From assembly GCA_043228905.1 (NCBI GenBank), contig JBHGNT010000003.1:15562001-15626000 (forward strand): DNA of 64,000 nt, read 5' to 3'. Below, one piece after another: positions 1 through 10,760 of the stretch (position 1 is its first letter; each line of letters begins with the position of its first letter). The translations under genes and the position numbers were made by a program. Source of the DNA: Azolla caroliniana (taxonomy: Eukaryota > Plantae > Polypodiophyta). The notes beneath the pieces were generated by a model. It saw only the letters and a program-made list of their open reading frames with translations, was not told where the DNA came from and did not search any database.

Positions 1-11
1 AAATCTTTGAC

Positions 12-1547
12 ATGCCTATGGATTCCCGCGTTATTGATACCATACGTGAAGACTTGAAGACAGATGCGTTCGCCCAAGCTATACTAGCACAAATTGTTCC
101 CTCTCGAGCGTCGTGTTCACAGTCGCAACCACCAGGTACAGACTATCGGCAATTCAAATACCATGATGGATTACTCTTCTTTAAAGAACTTTTGTATGTT
201 CCGAATGGTTCTTGCTGCCTTCGAGTAGTACAAAACTGTCATGACACATATACAGCTGGGCATTCTGGTAGTACTAAAACATTACATTTAGTACAACGAT
301 CATTCTGGTGGCCCTGTATGCGACAATTTGTCAAGGATTTTGTTCGGACTTGTGATACATGTTGCAGAGCGAAAATGCCAAGGCATCATCCATATGGTTT
401 ATTAGAACCATTACCAATTCCAAGCAAGCCGTGGCAATCCATTGCTCTAGACTTCATCACAGATCTTCCAGTCTCTAAGGGGTTCAATGCGATTCTAACG
501 GTGGTCGATCAATATACGAAGATGGCTCATTTCTTGCCATGTACTAAGGAGATCTCCAATGAAGACACTACCGAAATTGTCATGCGTGAAGTATGTCGGC
601 ATCATGGACTCCCTGATAGTATCATCAGCGACCGTGGACCCCAGTTCGTGTCAAAATTCTGGAAGAACCTTTTTATAATACTCAAGGTCACTTGTAATCT
701 CTCTTCCGGCTACCACCCACAAACTGACGGCCAAGCTGAACGAACAAATCAAACGTTGGAGCAGTATCTGCGGTGCTTTCTCAGCTATCATTAGGACGAC
801 TGGGCAGATATTCTCCACTTCGCCGAATTTGCCTATAACAACTCTATCCACGCATCCACTAAAGTTACGCCATTTTATGCTTATACGGGATGTCACCCCC
901 GGTGGAGTGTACTTGAAACCCCAGAGGTGTCCACAAATCCGTGCGCGGAGGATCGTTTGGAGCGGTTACGCAAGATACAAGCGGATTTATCTACTCATCT
1001 CCAGCAAGCTCAACAAACACACAAGGTCTACGTGGATCGTCATCGACTTCCATCTAGTTTTAATATTGGAGATCGGGTGTGGCTGCTACGACGACACATC
1101 GAGACTACTCGCCCATGTGAGAAGTTGGATTATCGGCGATTAGGTCCTTTCCGTATTATTGGAAAGATTAATGATGTTGCTTTTCGTCTCGATCTACCTC
1201 CTCAACTTCGGATACATCCGGTGTTTCATAGTTCTCTCTTCGAACCCTACCACGAGAGCACCATCCCAGAACGTCTTATCCAACCTCCACCCCCGATCGA
1301 GCTTGAAGATGGGCCGGAGTACGAGGTTGCCGCCATCCTTGATTCCAAGATTGTTCGCAACAAGCTCTACTATCTAGTCGATTGGCTAGGCTATAATCCC
1401 AGTGAACGTACTTGGGAACCGATCGAGAATGTAACCAATGCTCGTGCTCTTCTTGAAGACTTCCATCGTCAATATCCACACAAACCGGGTCCTCAATCCA
1501 AGACGACTCGTGACACTCGTCGTTTTAAAGGGGGGATAGTGTCATGA
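12..1547 (+). pseudogene. pol 3' region: integrase (HHCC, DDE core, GPF motif) plus chromodomain, with one premature stop
   Basis: ORFs 12-794 and 927-1547 are in the same frame, separated by TAG at 792-794 (Gln codon in the intact paralogue). Motifs: GHSG...CDTC, DFIT, SDRGPQF, RLGPF, YEVAAILDSK...YYLVDWLGY...TWEP. Confidence 0.9.
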
Positions 1548-1694
1548 TATGGCAAGACTTGAACCCATGACCTTAGGTTATATGGGTCGAGCCTCTTGAC
1601 CATTAGACCATCTATTGTAATACGTAGGATATTATTTTCATTTACATTTTATTATAGGAAATTAGTGTATATTCCAGATTTCTCTGGAACATTC

Positions 1695-2318
1695 TGTAAG
1701 GAATAGGTGCTTCTATTCACCTATGTCGGCTCGGCCACAACCGAGTAATCGCTGATCAATGGAGCAGAAAATAGGTACCTCTCGTAGAAAGAGACAAAAC
1801 ACGAGCACACAGGGATTTAACGTGGAAAACCCTAGATGGGAAAAACCACGGGAGTACAAGACTCCAAACAACACTATGCAAAGAGAAGTATACAGTGGCG
1901 AGCTCCAAGGCGACGACCTTGAGCTCGCTGTCCTCACCACAGGCGGCGGAAATACACAGAGGCGTCGTCCTCTTTCTCTCTCGCGCTCTATCTCTATCTC
2001 GCTCACGGCTGCTCTCTCTCTTCACTCCTCTAGAGTGGAAAAACAGAAAAATGAATAGCAACAACAAAACTGTTTGCCCTAAGTCATATTTATACATATA
2101 TGACTTTAGGGCTATTTACAACTATAGCCTCAGAGGGGGGGCCCTTAGCAGACATATTCACGGATATGTCCCTGCATCCGGATCTCTTCTTCGGGTACAT
2201 TCGTCATCCGACTCAGAAGTCGGGGTCTTCATCATCCGGTTCCGAAACCGAAACCGGGCTTGTCGACTTTGGCCTCCGATATCCGACCATCCCATCTGAA
2301 GGGACCGAAATCCCAACA
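1695..2318 (-). repeat. 3' LTR of the intact Copia
   Basis: Appears identical to 6432-7055 (offset 4737; the ORF track gives identical translations across both). Confidence 0.95.
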
Positions 2319-2328
2319 AACTCCCCCT

Positions 2329-5300
2329 TCACTTCGGCATGGGATGTCTCTCCAGTCCGATCCTCTTCCGGCATGCTTCCAGCTTGTCGGGTGTGAGGAC
2401 CTTGGTCAGCATATCCGACCCGTTCTCGTCCGTGTGGATCTTCGTCAGCACGAACTCTTTGTCTTCTATCCTTTCCCGGATCCAGTGATATCTTCGCTGG
2501 ATGTGCTTCGTCCGGGAGTGATAGGCCGCGTTCTTCGCAAGGTGGATTGCACTCTGACTATCGCAGTAGAGTCGGTACTCCTCCTGCCGGATACCGAGCT
2601 CTCTAATGAAGTCCTTCATCCATATTATTTCCTTGCCGGCTTCAACAGCCGCCATGTACTCCGCCTCCGTGGTTGACAACGCAACTGTCTTCTGCAGCCT
2701 CGACTGCCACGAAACGGCTCCCCCTGCATACGTCATCACATACCCTGATGTGGACCGGCTGGTATCTGCATCAGCCGACATATCCGAATCGGTGAAGCCG
2801 TCGAGTTCGGGCTTACCGGAGCCGAATCGGAGGCACACGTTTGCCGTGCCCTTCAGGTATCGGAGTATCCACTTGGCCGCGTTCCAATGCTCTTTGCCGG
2901 GATTGCTCATGTACCGACTCACCACTCCGACTGCATATCCTATGTCCGGTCTCGTACACACCATGGCGTACATCAAGCTCCCGACGGCTGAGGCATACGG
3001 CACTTTCATCATATCCTCCTTTTCAGCCTTTGTCTTGGGACTTTGCTTGCTGGACAGCTTGCAGTTTGCCGGGAGGGTCGATCCGACCGGTCTTGCTTCC
3101 GACATGTTGAACCGGTGAAGCACCTTCATCACGTACTTCTCCTGTGACAGCCACAACTGCTTCTTCTTCCGGTCCCGGATGATGTGCATCCCTAGGATTT
3201 GTCTCGCCGGACCCAGGTCCTTCATTGAGAAGGTTCGGTGAAGAGCCTTCTTCAGCATCCGTATCTTGACCTGGTCCCGTCCGACGATCAACATGTCATC
3301 CACGTACAGCAGGAGTATTAGAAAGTCTCCTCCTTCGAACTTCTTCACAAACACGCAGTGGTCGGACTGCGTCTTGAGGTACCCTTCGTCGGTCATGAAG
3401 GAGTCGAACTTCCGGTACCATTGCCGGGGAGCCTGCTTCAGTCCGTAAAGGCTCTTCTTCAATCGGCATACCAGGTGCTCCTTCCCTTTCTTCTCGAATC
3501 CTTCCGGTTGCTGCATGTAGATCTCTTCATTGAGGTCACCGTGAAGGAATGCCGTTTTCACGTCCATCTGTTCTACCTCGAGGTCCATGCTTGCCGCTAT
3601 GCTCAGCACCGTCCGGATGGAGGTCATCTTCACTACCGGGGCAAATATCTCGTCGAAGTCGACGCCCTTCTTTTGCTGAAACCCCTTCACCACGATCCTG
3701 GCTTTGTATCTCGGGGGGTTTTCGGCATCTCCCGGTTTCAGCTTGAACACCCACTTGTTTCGAAGTGCCCTCTTTCCTTTTGGCAACTCCACAAGTTCAT
3801 ATGTGTGGTTCTCATGCAGGGAATCCATCTCGTCCTGCATGGCACTCAACCACCTGCGGCTCTGGGTGTCATGCTTTGCTTCTTCAAAGCTCTCCGGTTC
3901 CCCTTCGTCGGTTAGCAGCACGTGCTCTGGTTCCGGAAATCTCCGGGGGGCTCTTCTCTCTCTTAGGGGATATCTCCGTTCCGGAGCTTCGGTAACCGGT
4001 TCTTCCGATTCTTCTTCATCCGAATCCATTTCGGGATCGGGGCCGGTTCCGGTATCATTTTCATCTTCTTCGGCCGGTTCTGTATCTTCACCGTCTTCGG
4101 CCGGATCCTCGAGTGCTAACCGGTCCCTTGCCGGTCGGGACTGCTCCTTGTAGAGTTGATCCTCACCGGTCGACTTGGAGCTCTTCATCTTCTTCTCCGA
4201 CTCCCAGTCGGCGAGTGTCTTGTCCTCCATGAAGATGATATCTCGACTCCTGAATATCTTCTTGTCGACCGGGTCCCATACTCGGTAGCCGAACTCATCG
4301 TCGCCGTAACCGAGGAATATGCATGGCCGGGTCTTTGGATCTAGCTTTCCTCTCCGGTCCTTTGCCACATGCACGTATGCGAGACACCCGAACACTTTCA
4401 GATGCCGGTAGGATACTTCCTTACCGGTCCACACTCTCTGCGGCGTGTCTCCGTCCAAAGGTACTGAGGGTGATCTGTTTATCACGTATGTCGCCGTCGA
4501 CATTGCCTCAGCCCAAAACCCCTTGGGTAATTTCGCATGCGCCAGCATACTCCGGACCCTCTCCATTATGGTCCGGTTCATCCTCTCGGCCAGCCCGTTC
4601 AGTTCCGGCGTCTTCGGCACAGTAAACTCGAGTCGGATTCCCTTCGAGCGACAGTACTCCTGGAACTGCCCCCGGTATTCCCCTCCGTTGTCCGCTCGTA
4701 TCGCTTTCAGCTTCTTGCCGGATTCCCTTTCCACTCTCGCGTGGAGTTCTTTGAAGACGCACAACACTTGGTCCTTTGTCTTCATCGGTGCCGTCCACAG
4801 TTTTCGGCTATGATCATCGATGAATGTTACGAAGTACTGGGCTCCGCCATGTGACTTCGTTTCTACCTGACACACATCAGTGTGCACCAACTCCAATGGT
4901 GCGCTACGTCTTGTCGGTGGCCTTGAGCGGAAGGAGGTTCGGTTCTGCTTACCGGCCAGGCAATCGGTGCACTTCTCCAGGTGCACATGCTTCACTGGAA
5001 TGAGGTTGTCTTCTGCAAGCCTCTTCATCCCCTTCTCGCTCATGTGGCACAGTCTCTTGTGCCACAGCTCACCGGCAGTGTCGACTGCCACATTCAGCTC
5101 TTCCGGACATAACCGGGCATTAATCAGGTACAGTGTGTTGACCTTCCGGGCCCGAGCCACTATCAGGCTCCCCTTGCTGAACTTCATTACGCCGTTCCGG
5201 ATGCTACCCGTGTAGCCTTCATCGTCTAGCCTTCCGGCCGAAATCAGGTTCAATCGAACCTCCGGAACGTGTCGGACATTCTTCAGCAGCATTTTGCATC

Positions 5301-6402
5301 CGGTCGGGGTTGACAACCACACGTCTCCGATGCCGGCAATCCGGCACGTACCTTCATTTCCCATCCGAACACAGCCATGCTCACCGGCTGTGTAGGATGA
5401 AAAGTATCTTCTCTCCGGGGTCAGGTGGAACGACGCTCCGGAGTCGACCACCCAGGTCGTCTCATCGCCGGCAATGTTTAGCTCTCCTTCTTCGGTGATG
5501 AGCATAATTTCTTCCTCACTTGCCGCGAGTGCCGTTGTTCCTTTCCGGTCCTGCCCTCGCCGATCCGAACCTCTCCGGTCCGTGGTTCCCCGGTATGCAC
5601 CGTTTCTCTCTGGTGACTTCTTCGAATCGGTGTCGTCGGCTCCGTTGTCTTTTCGGTAATGCCGACAATTCTTTCGGAAGTGTCCCGGCTTCCCACAGTG
5701 GAAGCATGTGGGTCTTCCTCTTGACTGCGACCGGGTCCCCGACTTCTCCCGTCTTTGCGGACTCCGGTTCCATTGTCTTCCCCGATCCGATTCGGTAAAC
5801 AACATCTTCGGGTCGGAGGTCGGTTCCTTATCTCTCCGACGCGCTTCTTCATTCAAAATACTTGTCTTTACCGTTTGTAAGGACAAGTTATCTTCGGTGC
5901 AGGAGGTGCTGAGAGTCACCACCAAGTTCTCCCAGCTTTCTGGCAATGTACACATCAGGATGATGGCTTGCATTGCATCCTCCAACGGGAACTTGATCGC
6001 CGCAAGCTGATTCACGAATCCCATGAAAGTGCTTACGTGTTCGACCATACTCTCGCCGTCCCGGTACTTGAGGTTCACTATCTTCCTCATCAGGGACGTC
6101 CGGTTCAACGCATTCTTCCTCTCGTAGAGGCCCGACAGCTTCTTCCACATCTCATATGCGTTGGTGTCATTCGCCACATGTTGTAGGACGCTTACATCGA
6201 CATATTGTCGGATCGTCGCTACGGCTTTCCGGTTCAGGAGCTTCCACTCCGACTCAAGTACCCCTTTCGGTATTTCCGACCTGTCAATCGGTTCGTACAG
6301 GTCCCGAACAATCAGAAGATCCTCCATCTTGATCTTCCAGTCGGCGTAATTCTGTGCATTCAGCACCATCATCATCGGCTGCCCGCTGCCGCCGCCTTCC
6401 AT
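2329..6402 (-). CDS. Copia Gag-Pol polyprotein (gag, CCHC knuckle, protease, integrase, RT, RNase H)
   Basis: Uninterrupted ORF with first ATG at 6402. Motifs: CFHCGKPGHFRKNC, WVVDSGAS, WHKRLCH...CTDC, HTDVC, ADNGGEY, LYVDDM, TDSD, YCDSQSAI, RTKHI. Confidence 0.96.
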   Translation of the reverse strand: MEGGGSGQPMMMVLNAQNYADWKIKMEDLLIVRDLYEPIDRSEIPKGVLESEWKLLNRKAVATIRQYVDVSVLQHVANDTNAYEMWKKLSGLYERKNALNRTSLMRKIVNLKYRDGESMVEHVSTFMGFVNQLAAIKFPLEDAMQAIILMCTLPESWENLVVTLSTSCTEDNLSLQTVKTSILNEEARRRDKEPTSDPKMLFTESDRGRQWNRSPQRREKSGTRSQSRGRPTCFHCGKPGHFRKNCRHYRKDNGADDTDSKKSPERNGAYRGTTDRRGSDRRGQDRKGTTALAASEEEIMLITEEGELNIAGDETTWVVDSGASFHLTPERRYFSSYTAGEHGCVRMGNEGTCRIAGIGDVWLSTPTGCKMLLKNVRHVPEVRLNLISAGRLDDEGYTGSIRNGVMKFSKGSLIVARARKVNTLYLINARLCPEELNVAVDTAGELWHKRLCHMSEKGMKRLAEDNLIPVKHVHLEKCTDCLAGKQNRTSFRSRPPTRRSAPLELVHTDVCQVETKSHGGAQYFVTFIDDHSRKLWTAPMKTKDQVLCVFKELHARVERESGKKLKAIRADNGGEYRGQFQEYCRSKGIRLEFTVPKTPELNGLAERMNRTIMERVRSMLAHAKLPKGFWAEAMSTATYVINRSPSVPLDGDTPQRVWTGKEVSYRHLKVFGCLAYVHVAKDRRGKLDPKTRPCIFLGYGDDEFGYRVWDPVDKKIFRSRDIIFMEDKTLADWESEKKMKSSKSTGEDQLYKEQSRPARDRLALEDPAEDGEDTEPAEEDENDTGTGPDPEMDSDEEESEEPVTEAPERRYPLRERRAPRRFPEPEHVLLTDEGEPESFEEAKHDTQSRRWLSAMQDEMDSLHENHTYELVELPKGKRALRNKWVFKLKPGDAENPPRYKARIVVKGFQQKKGVDFDEIFAPVVKMTSIRTVLSIAASMDLEVEQMDVKTAFLHGDLNEEIYMQQPEGFEKKGKEHLVCRLKKSLYGLKQAPRQWYRKFDSFMTDEGYLKTQSDHCVFVKKFEGGDFLILLLYVDDMLIVGRDQVKIRMLKKALHRTFSMKDLGPARQILGMHIIRDRKKKQLWLSQEKYVMKVLHRFNMSEARPVGSTLPANCKLSSKQSPKTKAEKEDMMKVPYASAVGSLMYAMVCTRPDIGYAVGVVSRYMSNPGKEHWNAAKWILRYLKGTANVCLRFGSGKPELDGFTDSDMSADADTSRSTSGYVMTYAGGAVSWQSRLQKTVALSTTEAEYMAAVEAGKEIIWMKDFIRELGIRQEEYRLYCDSQSAIHLAKNAAYHSRTKHIQRRYHWIRERIEDKEFVLTKIHTDENGSDMLTKVLTPDKLEACRKRIGLERHPMPK

Positions 6403-6416
6403 TTTCTGCAACAGTC

Positions 6417-6428
6417 GCTCTGATACCA
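6417..6428 (-). promoter_or_regulatory. Primer-binding site complementary to initiator tRNA-Met
   Basis: Minus strand reads TGGTATCAGAGC, 3 nt inside the 5' LTR boundary. Confidence 0.92.
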
Positions 6429-6431
6429 GAT

Positions 6432-7055
6432 TGTAAGGAATAGGTGCTTCTATTCACCTATGTCGGCTCGGCCACAACCGAGTAATCGCTGATCAATGGA
6501 GCAGAAAATAGGTACCTCTCGTAGAAAGAGACAAAACACGAGCACACAGGGATTTAACGTGGAAAACCCTAGATGGGAAAAACCACGGGAGTACAAGACT
6601 CCAAACAACACTATGCAAAGAGAAGTATACAGTGGCGAGCTCCAAGGCGACGACCTTGAGCTCGCTGTCCTCACCACAGGCGGCGGAAATACACAGAGGC
6701 GTCGTCCTCTTTCTCTCTCGCGCTCTATCTCTATCTCGCTCACGGCTGCTCTCTCTCTTCACTCCTCTAGAGTGGAAAAACAGAAAAATGAATAGCAACA
6801 ACAAAACTGTTTGCCCTAAGTCATATTTATACATATATGACTTTAGGGCTATTTACAACTATAGCCTCAGAGGGGGGGCCCTTAGCAGACATATTCACGG
6901 ATATGTCCCTGCATCCGGATCTCTTCTTCGGGTACATTCGTCATCCGACTCAGAAGTCGGGGTCTTCATCATCCGGTTCCGAAACCGAAACCGGGCTTGT
7001 CGACTTTGGCCTCCGATATCCGACCATCCCATCTGAAGGGACCGAAATCCCAACA
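6432..7055 (-). repeat. 5' LTR of the intact Copia
   Basis: TGTAAG...CCCAACA on the + strand, next to the PBS. Confidence 0.95.
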
Positions 7056-7201
7056 CATTCTAGAAGCTTCAGGATTACTCCTGAAAACACTATAAAAGAG
7101 GGCACTAGGCATTATGTTGAACCAAATTGGTTCAACGCCAGTCTTAAGCCTTTTAGTCACCGTTGTATATTCTCTTCATGTAATAAATATCTTTCTTATC
7201 A

Positions 7202-7253
<52 letters not shown>

Positions 7254-7352
7254 GCTCACTTCTTCCTTCTCTCGAAGAAGTTCCACACCTCTCATAGTAC
7301 TAATCCTTCGTTTAGTACTAATTCCTTCTCTGTCTCAGTACTGTTCATGACA

Positions 7353-7820
7353 ATAAGTTTGCCCTAAGTCATATTTATACTAATATGACTTTTCGGCTAT
7401 TTACAAATATAGCCCTGATGGACTCTCAAAAACATATTTACGAATATGTCTCCTCATCCGGTCTTGACCAGGTCTGTATCATCCGGCTCTCCGTAGCCAG
7501 GTACTCCTCATCCGGTTCTCCGTAGCCAGGTACTCCTCATCCGGCTCTCCGTAGCCGGGGACTCCTCATCCGGTCTTCACCGAGTCTGCACCATCCGGCT
7601 CTCCGTAACCGGGTACTCCTCATCCGGTTCACACCGGGTCTGCACCATCCAGCTCTCCGTAGCTAGGTACTCCTCATCTGGTTCACACTGGGTCTACACC
7701 ATCCGGCTCTCCATAGCCGGGTACTCCTCTTCCGGTTTCGGCCTCAGCCTATCGGCCGAGATTGTTCGTCATCGGCACTGCTCTTCTCCCTTCCCATCCG
7801 GAGGGACCTGTCTCCCAACA
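7353..7820 (-). mobile_element. Part of an older, related Copia LTR that received gypsy copy A
   Basis: TTTGCCCTAAGTCATATTTATAC...GCTATTTACAA..TATAGCC matches the intact Copia LTR (~2072-2130); ends GGGACC...TCCCAACA like that LTR. Confidence 0.75.
7453..7740. repeat. Minisatellite inside the old Copia LTR (~23-29-bp units, CATCCGG core)
   Basis: Repeated CATCCGGCTCTCCGTAGCCAGGTACTCCT alternating with CATCCGGTTCACACCGGGTCTGCAC variants. Confidence 0.9.
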
Positions 7821-8350
7821 CTTTTCTCATAAAAAATTGGCAATTTATTGAGTAATTTCTCTTTATACTCTTGTGATACCGAAACAACCTCATAAAATCC
7901 ACGAGGACCAGCATAAACATCCTGAACACAATCAGCTTGTAAAATCCCACGTAACCATTGTTTGACCCTCCAAAGGAAAGGTATCTTTCCCGTGAAAAAC
8001 CATATGACCCCTTTATCACAAAAATTAGCAAATGAGCCCAAAAAGTCCTTATTGTCTATTTCTACCTTATCCACTTCATCGTCAACAAACTCCTCAGCAA
8101 CTTTCACATTCTCCCTTATACAATCTTCCATTAATATATTTTCCATGCATCTTAAATGTTCCCAATGACTATCATCTTTCTCAATATAATCTTGTCGCAT
8201 TACATCAACATAAGACATGTCATTACTATTATCTCCAATACATCGTTTTCTTTTACCATCCCCTCTTGGGCTTGATACTGACTCAACCATGCACGCATCC
8301 TTTGAAGAATTTGGAGACTCATCCATATTCATGAAAACACTACCATCCAT
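7821..8350 (-). pseudogene. N-terminal fragment of an L1-type LINE ORF1 (DUF4283-like), cut by the Copia LTR
   Basis: Translation FCDKGVIWFFTGKIP...VKQWL...DVYAGPRGFYEVV resembles the plant LINE ORF1 RRM/DUF4283 region. Confidence 0.55.
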
Positions 8351-8392
8351 ATGACAAGAAATAGGAGAGAGCTCACTTACAAGTAATTATGT

Positions 8393-8760
8393 TGGAGAAG
8401 GAATCAAAGCAAGCGATCATGAGATGCATGCAATCGAATGGAATTTTTACTCGTAACGTTCTACCAAGACCACCAAATGATACGTGGAGAAGGAATCAAA
8501 GCAAGCGACCATGAGATGCATGCAATCGAATGGAATTTTTACTCGTGACATTCTACCAAGACCACCAAATGATACTGGAGAAGGAATCAAAGCAAGCGAT
8601 CATGAGATGCATGCAATTGAATGGAATTTTTACTCGTAACATTCTATCAAGACCACCAAATGATATGTGGAGAAGGAATCAAAGCAAGCGATCATGAGAT
8701 GCAGGCAATCGAATGGAATTTTTACTCGTAACATTCTACCAAGACCACCAAATGATACGT
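8393..8760. repeat. Tandem array of four ~92-bp monomers
   Basis: Units start at 8393, 8485, 8576 and 8668 (TGGAGAAGGAATCAAAGCAAGCG...CCAAATGATACG); head-to-tail with no spacers. Confidence 0.95.
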
Positions 8761-8879
8761 GCAGATACTCTATGCGCAGGCTTCGAAACGAGCTAAAGAA
8801 CAAAGGAAACGGACACCGTAGCAAGAAGATACATCAAAATTAGTGTTTGTCCTTCTCCAACATCTCCGAACTTTTCGTT

Positions 8880-9261
8880 TCTCTCTCTCTCTCTCTCTCC
8901 TTATCTGTTGTCTCCCTCCCTCTCTCTCTCTCTCTCTCTCTCCTCGTCTGTGTAGTTCTCCCTCACTCACTCTCTCTCTCTCCCATCGTTTGTTTATTCT
9001 CCCTCACTCTCTCTCTCTCTCTCTCTTTCCCCTTGTCTGTTGTCTCCCTCCCTCTCTCTCTTTCTCTTTCTCCCCCTCTCTCTAAAGTTTATAAACGGCT
9101 TAAACGGCTTGAGCCAGTTTGGCGAGGCTCAAGCCAAGTCGAGCCGAGCTCAAACCGTGAAGGCAAGTTCAAGCCTAAACCGAGCCAAGCCGAGCCGCTA
9201 AGCCGCTTTAAGCCGGCTAAGAAAACGGTTTAGGCTTGAGCTGAACCATTGCCGATCCCTA
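8880..9261. mobile_element. CT-rich tract followed by a probable right end of a hAT-type non-autonomous element
   Basis: Dense GAGCC/AAGCC/GGCTT subterminal-like motifs ending GCCGATCCCTA (TAGGGATCGGC on the minus strand); partner end not found. Confidence 0.35.
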
Positions 9262-10760
9262 GTATCCACATAAGCCAACATGTCTCAATCCGTGTAACCT
9301 TCCAATGTGGGGATTGACGTCATCTTTACAACCGAGGCAAATATTTCGTCAAAATTAACACCCATGGGATATCTTCGGCCTCCATTCGGCATGGTGGGTA
9401 CTTCTTCGACCGAGTCAAATTCAGTTCCACGTTCGGTTGGTTCCCCTTGTTCTTCAGTCTGTTCTCGATGTTGCCAATTATTAAATCGGCCAACTGGCTC
9501 GGTTTTGATTTCGATCCAATCGACTTCTACTCGATTCGGCCAAGCATCGACTCTGCTCGATTCGATAGTTGGAGACTTATTCTCAATCTCCCAATCGATT
9601 ATTGTCTTTTCCTCCATGAAGACAATGTCGCGGCTCCAAATCACTTTCTTCTCGGCTATGTCCCATTGCCGATAGTTGAATTCGTCGTCGTCGTAGCCAA
9701 GAAATAGGCACGGTCGGTTCTTGGGATAGAGTTTCCCCCTCTGGTCCTTAGCTATATGCACATAGGCCAGGCTGCCAATATGACACCTCTTTGCCGGACG
9801 ATACTGTTTGTGGTATGTCACCTTCTAGTGGGACCGAGGGAGACTTGTTTATCACATAAACGGTGATCATCAGTGCCAATTTCGCGTGTGCCAACATACA
9901 TCAGACTCTCTCCATGATGGTCTGGTTCATTGAACATTCTCTCGTCCATATCGTTGAGCTCTGGTATCTTCAACACTGTATACTCTAGCTGAATACCTTG
10001 GGTTCGGCAATCCTCCTAAAATTTCCCTCAATATTCACTGCCATTGTCAGTTCGGACCATTTTTAGTTTTTGGCCGGTTTCTCTCTCGGCTCTCACTTGG
10101 AACTCCTTGAAAACACCTAGAACTTGATCCTTCGTCTTCAGCACATAAGCCCACAACTTACAATTGTAATCGCCAATGAAGGTAACAAAGTACTAACCAC
10201 CAGAATGAGACTTCTCATATACATGGCATACATTGGTGTGTCCAAGTTCCAAGACGGTTTTCCTCCGAATCGGGGGCCTCAGTCGAAACACGGCTCTCTT
10301 TTGTTTTCCGGCCAGGCAATCAACACATTTGTCAAGATGCACTTTCTTCGTATCCGACATGAGATCCTTCTTAGCTAACATCTGCATTCCCTTCTAGCTC
10401 ATGTGGCATAGCCTCTTGTGCCACAACTCACCCGTTGTGTCGGCTGCCATGTTCACTTCCCCTAGGCATAATTGAACATTCATTTATACAGTGTGTTGGT
10501 CTTTCAGGCTCGAGCCACGACCAGGATACCTTTGCAGAACTTCATGACACTGTTCTGGATGCTACCCATGTAGCCTTCATCATGCAGTTGATCGGTTGAT
10601 ATAAGATTCAATCTGACTTCCGAAATGTGTCGTACATCTTTCAGCACTAGTCGACATCCAGTCGTCGTTACCAAACACACATCTCCAATGCCGACGATTC
10701 GGCATGCTCCTTCATTTCCCATTTTTATAAGATCGTGGTATCCGGCCTTGTATGATGAGA

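Larger units (their letters stand above)
1695..7055 (-). mobile_element. Intact Ty1/copia LTR retrotransposon (Tnt1/Tork-like), 5361 bp, inserted into the gypsy LTR
   Basis: 5-bp TSD CATTC (1690-1694 / 7056-7060); two 624-bp LTRs with TG...CA ends; PBS TGGTATCAGAGC; PPT next to the left LTR; single open polyprotein. Confidence 0.97.
1..7352 (+). mobile_element. Ty3/gypsy chromovirus (Tcn1-like) copy A, 3' part only (5' part lies outside the window); its 3' LTR is split by a Copia insertion
   Basis: Integrase plus chromodomain ORFs; PPT AAAGGGGGGATAG at ~1527-1539; LTR TGTCATGA (1540)...TCATGACA (7352); homologous to the copies at 20500-26174 and 29285-34091. Confidence 0.93.

Noticed and set aside
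2606-6349. Many plus-strand ORFs antisense to the Copia polyprotein
   Set aside because: Shadow ORFs of a GC-rich coding strand with no independent motifs
8393-8760. Regular repeats that could be taken for a CRISPR array
   Set aside because: The 92-bp units are head-to-tail with no unique spacers, there are no cas genes, and the context is eukaryotic TEs
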